Shown: in pieces, positions 25,913-32,000 of the stretch
Layout: each line of letters begins with the position of its first letter
How positions within the stretch are numbered: position 1 is the first letter of the stretch
From: an uncultured Opitutales bacterium
GTDB lineage: Bacteria; Verrucomicrobiota; Verrucomicrobiia; Opitutales; Intestinicryptomonadaceae
Direction of reading: 5' to 3'
Assembly: GCA_934613415.1 (NCBI GenBank)
Contig: CAKTSY010000001.1
Coordinates: 510,001-542,000, forward strand
Length of the DNA: 32,000 nucleotides
The notes under the pieces: generated by a model
Told to the model about the DNA's origin: nothing
Database searches by the model: none
What the model saw: only the letters and a program-made list of their open reading frames with translations
Position numbers and translations under genes: made by a program

Positions 25913-26857
25913 ATGAGCAATAACATAGCACAGCGCGTTAAGTCGGAGATTGCGGGGCACTATCCCGTAATGCTCGAAGAAGTGCTTGCAATTATTGCGC
26001 CGAAAGACGGCGAACGCTATTTAGACTGCACTTTCGGCGGCGGAAGCCACTCGAAGGCGATTTTGGAAAGCGCAAACTGCCGCCTAGACGCCCTCGACCG
26101 CGACCCAAATGCGCGCGCTATTGCGCAAAATTTCTCTCAAAAATACGGCGAACGTTTCGGGTTTTTTAACACAAATTTTTCGAACCTAAACGATACCGGC
26201 TTTTCGCAATATGCTGGAATTATTATGGACTTGGGGGTTTCGTCGTTCCAGCTAGACAACGCCGAGCGCGGATTTTCGTTTATGCGCGACGGCCCAACCG
26301 ATATGCGTATGAACCCCGAATGCGGGCAAAGCGCGTTGGAGTTGCTAAACACGGTTTCGCAACGCGAGCTTGAAAGAATCCTTAAGGTATACGGCGAAGA
26401 ACCGCGCTACCGCAAGGTTGCCAAGGCAATAATAGACGCGCGAAACACCGACGTTTTAAAACGCACAAAGTCGCTTGCCGAGCTTATTGCAAAAAACGCG
26501 GCTTTCGAAAAAGGCAAAAAAACGAATCCTGCAACGCGCTCTTTTCAGGCAATACGAATTGCCGTAAACGGCGAGCTAAGCGAAATAGAAAGCGCCCTAC
26601 CCAAGGCGTTCGACGCCTTAAAAAGCGGCGGAGTGCTGGCGGTTATAAGTTTCCATTCGCTTGAAGACAGGATTGTAAAACGCTTTTTCAAATCGCTGGC
26701 GGGAATGCCAATAGACGCAAACGACAACACCTGCCAGCAAGACCGCGTAAAGAAAGCCGAGCTTTTAACGCGCAAGGCTATTGTAGCCTCAGACGTCGAA
26801 AATTTAGAAAACCCACGCAGCCGAAGCGCAAAGCTTAGAGCCGTAAGAAAATTATAA
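25913..26857 (+). CDS. rsmH: 16S rRNA (cytosine1402-N4)-methyltransferase
   Basis: Contains 'HYPVMLEEVL', 'YLDCTFGGGSHS', 'DLGVSS.QLD...RGFSF...GP.DMRM', 'SFHSLEDRIVK' and 'NPRSRSAKLR'. Confidence 0.93.
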   Translation: MSNNIAQRVKSEIAGHYPVMLEEVLAIIAPKDGERYLDCTFGGGSHSKAILESANCRLDALDRDPNARAIAQNFSQKYGERFGFFNTNFSNLNDTGFSQYAGIIMDLGVSSFQLDNAERGFSFMRDGPTDMRMNPECGQSALELLNTVSQRELERILKVYGEEPRYRKVAKAIIDARNTDVLKRTKSLAELIAKNAAFEKGKKTNPATRSFQAIRIAVNGELSEIESALPKAFDALKSGGVLAVISFHSLEDRIVKRFFKSLAGMPIDANDNTCQQDRVKKAELLTRKAIVASDVENLENPRSRSAKLRAVRKL

Positions 26858-26859
26858 AA

Positions 26860-27246
26860 ATGAAACAAGACCTAAAATATTTCTACATTCTTGTATCGCT
26901 GGTAGGCATCTGCATTTGCTCGATGTCGTTCGGCGCATTCTTTTTAAGCTTCGAAAGAAACCTTCAGGCCGACTTGGCCGACAGCATTAAAAGCCTTGAA
27001 AAGAAGGTAGACAAGCTGCACATAGCCAATAGCGACTTAAAAGTAAAAATAGCCAACGAAGAAAACCCCCACATTTTAAAATTAAGAGCCGCCGCCAACC
27101 TCGAACCCATATCCGACAAAATGGTTGTTTGGGCTTCGTACGATAATTTTGAAGGTGGCCGTGTAGAAGCGTCTACGCGCGAAAAACTGGTGCTAAGCTT
27201 TAGGGCGCCCGCAAAACTGGGAACATATAAAACCGCAAGCAAATGA
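26860..27246 (+). CDS. ftsL: Cell division protein FtsL-like (single TM helix plus coiled coil)
   Basis: 128 aa. TM segment 'YFYILVSLVGICICSMSFGAFFL' followed by a heptad-like 'LEKKVDKLHIANSDLKVKIANE'. It occupies the conserved position between rsmH and ftsI, and its stop overlaps the ftsI start (ATGA). Confidence 0.65.
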   Translation: MKQDLKYFYILVSLVGICICSMSFGAFFLSFERNLQADLADSIKSLEKKVDKLHIANSDLKVKIANEENPHILKLRAAANLEPISDKMVVWASYDNFEGGRVEASTREKLVLSFRAPAKLGTYKTASK

Positions 27247-29015
27247 ACCGTTCGTTTATAGACAAGTTTAGAATTACACTTCTTACCGTTTTTGTTGCGG
27301 CAGGCTTTTTGGGCGTTGGCGCAAACTTATGCAGGCTGCACATTTTCAAGCGCTCGTACTGCGTAAAGGCAATAGAGGAAACCCGCAACCGCACAATTAA
27401 AATAGACGCGCGCCGCGGCGATATTTTAGACTCGCGAGGGAACATTTTAGCGACAACAGCCCCCTACATAGAATTGGGCTGCGACCCCGTAAGCATAACC
27501 GAAAAAGACGAGCAAAAATTTGGCCAGCTTGCCGAAATTTTGGGAATAACAACCGCCCAAATAAAAGAGCTTTGCAAAAAAACAACCTACAAAACGCAAG
27601 ACGGGGCAGTGCGTCAAAAAAGATGGCGCAAAATGGCCGACCAACTCGACGAAGGCACATACTCGCGCATTAAAGACCTGAACTTTAAGGGCATTTATGG
27701 AGTAAGAAAATACAAGAGAATGTACCCTGCAGGGGCTCTTACTTCGCACATAATAGGCTTTATGAATGCGGAATCCGTTCCCGAATTCGGCGTAGAAAAA
27801 ATGTCGGACTACTACCTTAGGGGTCAAGACGGCTGGAAGGAAATTGAATTCGACGGCCGCCGCAGGGAAATGGCGCAGTTTAGGGGTCGCGAACAGGACG
27901 CCGTAGACGGAATGAATGTTGAAACCAGCATAGACATTATTTTGCAGGAGGCAGCCCATCAGGAAATGCGCAAGATTGTTTCGAATTTCAATCCCGACGG
28001 AGCAAGCATAATAATTAGCGACACTTCGGGCTTTATTTTGTCGATGGTAAACTACCCGAATTTCGACCCGAATTCCTACAACAAATTCCCGATGGCAAAT
28101 TTGCGCAACCGCGCAATTTCCGACAGGCTAGAACCGGGCTCGACATTCAAAATAGTTCCCGTTTCGGCAGCTTTAAACGAAGCCTTTGTTAGCGCCGACG
28201 ACGTTTTCGACTGCAAGAACTCGACTGCAACCTACAAGAACAGAATTTTAAGGCTCCCCAAAGACACCCACGTTTACGAAAAGCTTTCGGTGCGCGACAT
28301 AATAAAGAAAAGCAGCAACCGCGGCTCGGCGCAAATTGGCATTTTAATTGGCGAAAACAAGCTTTACGAATACGCAAAAGAATTCGGCTACGGCGAAAAG
28401 ACGGGCATTGGCTTGGCAGGCGAAGTTAGCGGCATTTTGCACAAGGTAAAAGACTGGGACGGCCTTACAATTACAAGGCTTCCGATGGGGCACGCAATAG
28501 ACGCCACGCCCTTACAGATACACTGCGCAATGAGCGTTATTGCAAACGGCGGCTTGTATATGAAGCCCCAAGTTATAAAAAAGGTTACCTCGAAAAGCGA
28601 CGGGGCAAGCATTGTATTTTCGCCCAAGGCAATGCGAAGGGTTGTTTCGCCCAAAACCGCCGCCCTTATGAGCGATATGCTTGTTGGCGTTACCGAAAAA
28701 GGCGGAACTGCTACAAGGGCGGCAGTAGAAGGCTTTAAAGTTGCAGGCAAAACCGGCACGGCGCAAAAGATTGTAAACGGCCGCTATGTGTCCACCCAGC
28801 ACGTTGCGTCTTTTACGGGGTTTTTCCCCGCGCAAAGGCCAAGGCTTGTAATAACCGTAATTATAGACAACCCAAGGGGCAAACCCGGCAGCGGCTACGG
28901 CGGCGTTTCGGCGGCTCCCGCATTTAGCAGCTTGGCAAAAACCGCTGCAAGCTACCTTGGCATACAAAACGACGAAGAAGCCGCAAAAGGCGTCGCCTGG
29001 AAATTTTCGAAATGA
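27243..29015 (+). CDS. ftsI: Peptidoglycan D,D-transpeptidase FtsI (class B PBP)
   Basis: N-terminal TM anchor and PBP dimerisation region. Active-site motifs 'STFK' (GSTFKIV), 'SSN' (KKSSNRG) and 'KTGT' (GKTGTAQ). Confidence 0.92.
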   Translation: MNRSFIDKFRITLLTVFVAAGFLGVGANLCRLHIFKRSYCVKAIEETRNRTIKIDARRGDILDSRGNILATTAPYIELGCDPVSITEKDEQKFGQLAEILGITTAQIKELCKKTTYKTQDGAVRQKRWRKMADQLDEGTYSRIKDLNFKGIYGVRKYKRMYPAGALTSHIIGFMNAESVPEFGVEKMSDYYLRGQDGWKEIEFDGRRREMAQFRGREQDAVDGMNVETSIDIILQEAAHQEMRKIVSNFNPDGASIIISDTSGFILSMVNYPNFDPNSYNKFPMANLRNRAISDRLEPGSTFKIVPVSAALNEAFVSADDVFDCKNSTATYKNRILRLPKDTHVYEKLSVRDIIKKSSNRGSAQIGILIGENKLYEYAKEFGYGEKTGIGLAGEVSGILHKVKDWDGLTITRLPMGHAIDATPLQIHCAMSVIANGGLYMKPQVIKKVTSKSDGASIVFSPKAMRRVVSPKTAALMSDMLVGVTEKGGTATRAAVEGFKVAGKTGTAQKIVNGRYVSTQHVASFTGFFPAQRPRLVITVIIDNPRGKPGSGYGGVSAAPAFSSLAKTAASYLGIQNDEEAAKGVAWKFSK

Positions 29016-30580
29016 ACAATACTTTTTTAAATCTTGCAAACCTGATATGCCTTAGCGGCAAAAGACTTTCTTTTGCCGAACAAAAAGGCCCGTCTATTGT
29101 TTTCACAACAAGCGATTTGGCAAAAAGCGTAAAGGCTTTAAAAGTTACAAACGACAAATCGCTTCCCGTAAAGACCCTTTTGGCAGACTCCAGAAGAATA
29201 ACCGAAGGTTCGGCTTTCTTTGCCGTTAAGGGCTTTAATTGCGACGGCAACCAGTTTGTAGGCGATGCAATACACAGAGGGGCTGTTGCAGTTGTTTCCG
29301 AAAACGAAGCGCCTAAAATTTGCCCCACCACTTGGATACAGGTGCAAAATATGGCGTTTGCCAAGGCTTGGGCTGCAAAGGCGTTTTACGAAAACCCCGA
29401 CGAAAGCCTTAAAATTTTTGCTGTTACCGGCACCAACGGCAAGACAAGCGTAAGCTGGCTTATTAAGCATATGCTAGACCGCCTCGGGCAAAAATGCGGT
29501 ATGGTTGGCACCATTCAATACGACTTGGGCGGACGCTGCATTCCCGCAGGCAGAACAACGCCCGACTCGCTTGAACTTTACGCAATGCTCTACCAAATGA
29601 GGCACGCTTCGTGCAAGTCGCTTGCAATAGAAATAAGCTCGCACTCGCTGGAGCAGTCGCGCGTTAAGGGGCTTTCGGTAGACTGCGCATGCTTTACAAA
29701 CCTAACCCAAGACCATATCGACTACCACAAGACTATGGACGAATACTTTAAGTGCAAAGAACTGCTCTTTAAGGGTTCGGTTTGCAAAATGCCCAAAAGC
29801 GCGGCAATAAATATCGACGACGAAAAAGGCGCATATCTGGCTAAAAACCTCGACAAATCCATACGCCTTATCACCTTTGCAATAGACAACAAAGACGCCG
29901 TTATTCGCGCCGAAAATCTTAAGATGGACTCGCAAAGCGCAACTTTCGACTTGGTGTACCCCGAAGGCACAATAAAAAATTTGAAGATTTCAATGCCGGG
30001 GCACTACAATGTCTTGAATGTGCTTACGGCTTTGTCGGCGCTTTATTCACAAGATATTGACATCGTAAAAGCGGCCCAAACCCTTGCCGACTTTAGGGGG
30101 GTTCCCGGCAGAATGGAGCGCGTAAAAAGCAATGCGCCATTCGACATTTTTATAGACTACGCCCACACCGACGACGCCCTTAAAAACGGGCTTTCAATGC
30201 TTAAAAGCGTTACAAAGAAAAGGCTTTTGGTTGTGTTCGGCTGCGGTGGCAAACGCGACAGAACAAAGAGACCAAAAATGGTTGCAGCCGTTCAAAAATA
30301 TGCGGACTTTGCGTGGGCAACCTCTGACAATCCGCGCGGCGAAGACATCTCGCAAATCTTTGCGGATATGAAAGCGGGAGTTGTAGACAATTCAACAATA
30401 GAGTTTGTTGAAAACCGCCGCCGAGCCATAAATATGGCAATTTCGCAGGCAAAGGAAGGCGACTGCATTCTTATTGCGGGCAAGGGTCACGAAACATTTC
30501 AGGAATTAAAAGACACCATTATTCCCTTCGACGACAAAAAGGTTGCCGAAGAGCTGCTCGCCTTAAGGGAGTTGATATAA
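29012..30580 (+). CDS. murE: UDP-N-acetylmuramoyl-L-alanyl-D-glutamate--2,6-diaminopimelate ligase
   Basis: Contains 'VTGTNGKTS', 'EISSHSL', 'FTNL.QDH.DYH', 'DYAHTDDAL' and the meso-DAP specificity motif 'DNPR' in 'SDNPRGED'. The ATG overlaps the ftsI stop. Confidence 0.93.
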   Translation: MNNTFLNLANLICLSGKRLSFAEQKGPSIVFTTSDLAKSVKALKVTNDKSLPVKTLLADSRRITEGSAFFAVKGFNCDGNQFVGDAIHRGAVAVVSENEAPKICPTTWIQVQNMAFAKAWAAKAFYENPDESLKIFAVTGTNGKTSVSWLIKHMLDRLGQKCGMVGTIQYDLGGRCIPAGRTTPDSLELYAMLYQMRHASCKSLAIEISSHSLEQSRVKGLSVDCACFTNLTQDHIDYHKTMDEYFKCKELLFKGSVCKMPKSAAINIDDEKGAYLAKNLDKSIRLITFAIDNKDAVIRAENLKMDSQSATFDLVYPEGTIKNLKISMPGHYNVLNVLTALSALYSQDIDIVKAAQTLADFRGVPGRMERVKSNAPFDIFIDYAHTDDALKNGLSMLKSVTKKRLLVVFGCGGKRDRTKRPKMVAAVQKYADFAWATSDNPRGEDISQIFADMKAGVVDNSTIEFVENRRRAINMAISQAKEGDCILIAGKGHETFQELKDTIIPFDDKKVAEELLALRELI

Positions 30581-30601
30581 CTTTAAATACAAGGGTAAAA
30601 A

Positions 30602-32000
30602 ATGCCATTCTTTAAATCTAACGACTTGAAAATCTGGACCGGCGGCGAATGGAAACAGCTGCCCAAAGACATAACTATTAACAAGTTTTCCACAGACACT
30701 CGCACGCTTGAAAAAGGCGATGCCTTTGTTTGCCTAGTTGGCGAACGCGACGGACACGAATTTGCAAAAACAGCGCAGGAATTGGGAGCTAGCGCAATAA
30801 TAGCCTCTAAAGAGCTAGAGGGCATAGAAATTCCCGTATTGCAGGTTGCCGACACATTAAAGGCACTGCAAACCATAGCAAAAATGCACAGGCTTAGGCT
30901 CGACTACCCCGTAGTTGGAATAACGGGCTCGTGCGGCAAAACTTTCACAAAGGAATTATTGGCAAAAACTCTTGCATGGCGCAGCCCCTGCTATTCCGAA
31001 AAAAATTTAAACAACCAGCTGGGCGTAGCCTTAAGCCTGCTTAAGGCCGACTGCAAAAACAACAACTTGGCAATTATTGAAGCCGGCGTTTCGCGCCCAG
31101 AAGAGATGGACGTTTTGGCCTCCATGATAGAGCCGGACATTGCCGTTATAACCAATGTTACGGCGTCGCATTTGGCGGGCTTTGGCGAAATAAAACAAAT
31201 TGCAAAAGAAAAGGCAAAGCTTGCCGAACACTGTGCCGAAGGCGGCTATTGCGTTATGCCCGCGGGCCTGCTTTCGTGGAAGTCTTTCGACGAACTAAAA
31301 TGCAAAAAGGCAATAGCCTTGCCTATGGACGCCCCCGAAACAAAAGCCGACTTGGTGTTCAGATACCAAATAGGCTATTTGCCCGACAAGTGCTCGATAG
31401 AAATTTACCTTGAAGGCGGCAACGAATATTCGTTTGAAACCCCCCTTATGAGCAGGGGCAACGCCGAAGACACGGTTTTGGCGATAATAGTTTCGCTTAT
31501 GCTCGGCTGCAAAGAAGAAATTATATATACGGGCATAGAAAACACAAAGAATGTGGGCTATAGAAACCTGTTTGTAAACACGCCCAATGCCGAATATTTT
31601 ATAGACTGCTACAACGCAAACCCCACTTCTATGAAAGACTCTTTGGAGTTTTTCGAATTAAAATCGAAAGACGCCACGCAAAGAACTTTTGTTTTGGGCT
31701 CTATGGCCGAATTGGGAATTTCCACACTGAGCTACCATAGGGAAATTGCAAACAACATAAAACGCCGCGAAAACGACAAGGCAATATTGGTTGGCGAAAG
31801 CGCAAACATCTACAAGGACGCCCTTATAGAAAACGGCTGGAACGAAGCCGACATAACACTTTGCGAATCGGCGCAAGACGTAAAGCCTTTGTTGGAAAAC
31901 GCGGTGGGGTTTGTGTTCCTAAAGGGCAGTCGCAAATACGCGCTTGAAAACGCCCTGCCCGACGAAGTTGTAAACACAATAAACGGAACCGAACCAAAAT
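30602..32000 (+). CDS. murF: UDP-N-acetylmuramoyl-tripeptide--D-alanyl-D-alanine ligase (3' end beyond the window)
   Basis: Not in the track because no stop lies in the window. My translation from the ATG at 30602 begins MPFFKSNDLKIWTGGEW...STDTRTLEKGDAFVCL.GER.DGHEF. It also shows 'VGITGSCGKTFTKE', 'NNQLG', 'IEAGVSRPEEM', 'ITNV..SHL', 'DCYNANPTSM' and 'MAELG'. Confidence 0.88.
   Translation, partial: MPFFKSNDLKIWTGGEWKQLPKDITINKFSTDTRTLEKGDAFVCLVGERDGHEFAKTAQELGASAIIASKELEGIEIPVLQVADTLKALQTIAKMHRLRLDYPVVGITGSCGKTFTKELLAKTLAWRSPCYSEKNLNNQLGVALSLLKADCKNNNLAIIEAGVSRPEEMDVLASMIEPDIAVITNVTASHLAGFGEIKQIAKEKAKLAEHCAEGGYCVMPAGLLSWKSFDELKCKKAIALPMDAPETKADLVFRYQIGYLPDKCSIEIYLEGGNEYSFETPLMSRGNAEDTVLAIIVSLMLGCKEEIIYTGIENTKNVGYRNLFVNTPNAEYFIDCYNANPTSMKDSLEFFELKSKDATQRTFVLGSMAELGISTLSYHREIANNIKRRENDKAILVGESANIYKDALIENGWNEADITLCESAQDVKPLLENAVGFVFLKGSRKYALENALPDEVVNTINGTEPK

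Noticed and set aside
30890-30960. Atypical MurF P-loop 'GITGSCGKTFTKE' (Cys and Phe where Asn and Thr are usual).
   Set aside because: The Gly, Lys and Thr residues that bind ATP are retained, and the rest of the protein is a normal MurF. This is most likely lineage variation and does not point to loss of function.

Overview
This is a 32-kb bacterial chromosomal window, densely packed with mostly housekeeping genes. I found no rRNA, tRNA, CRISPR array, transposase or integrase.

Gene order:
- Minus strand, 1-5536: dinG (truncated at the window edge), an HpnH-type radical SAM gene, an exported hypothetical, a PF04020 membrane protein and rarA.
- Plus strand, 5609-8219: thiD, radC and tsaD, joined by ATGA start/stop overlaps.
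- Minus strand, 8246-16674: ccsA, ccsB, ychF, purM, thrH, tolB, yicC and a stand-alone 5'-3' exonuclease.
- Plus strand, 16875-18050: a DegT-family aminotransferase.
- Minus strand, 18138-19571: a rubredoxin and flavodiiron-protein pair.
- Plus strand, 19806-19976: rpmG (56 aa, too short for the ORF track).
- Plus strand, 20158-24673: a block that looks accessory. It holds a secreted TIM-barrel-like protein and a 937-aa PEP-CTERM surface protein. Each gene has its own terminator, and an AT-rich spacer lies between them.
- 24674-25378: about 700 nt with no convincing gene.
- Plus strand, 25379-32000: the start of the dcw cluster, mraZ, rsmH, ftsL, ftsI, murE and murF (truncated at the window edge).

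Several ORF-track starts look over-extended. I moved them to internal starts that match the family N-termini (thiD, purM, exonuclease, flavodiiron protein, rubredoxin, the secreted protein, mraZ).

By inference only, the source is an anaerobic member of the PVC superphylum (Lentisphaerota/Verrucomicrobiota-like). The hints are the PEP-CTERM tail with autotransporter-associated beta-strand repeats, the 'MPRE...' N-terminus of L33, and the rubredoxin/flavodiiron pair.

I do not see a convincing new multi-gene system. The points most worth a second look are:
- 10-bp-phased TGG repeats in the mraZ promoter/leader.
- An hpnH with no hopanoid genes nearby.
- An A13 tract in the AT-rich region upstream of the PEP-CTERM gene.
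- Two near-identical terminator hairpins that bracket the accessory block.
- The long non-coding stretch ahead of mraZ.
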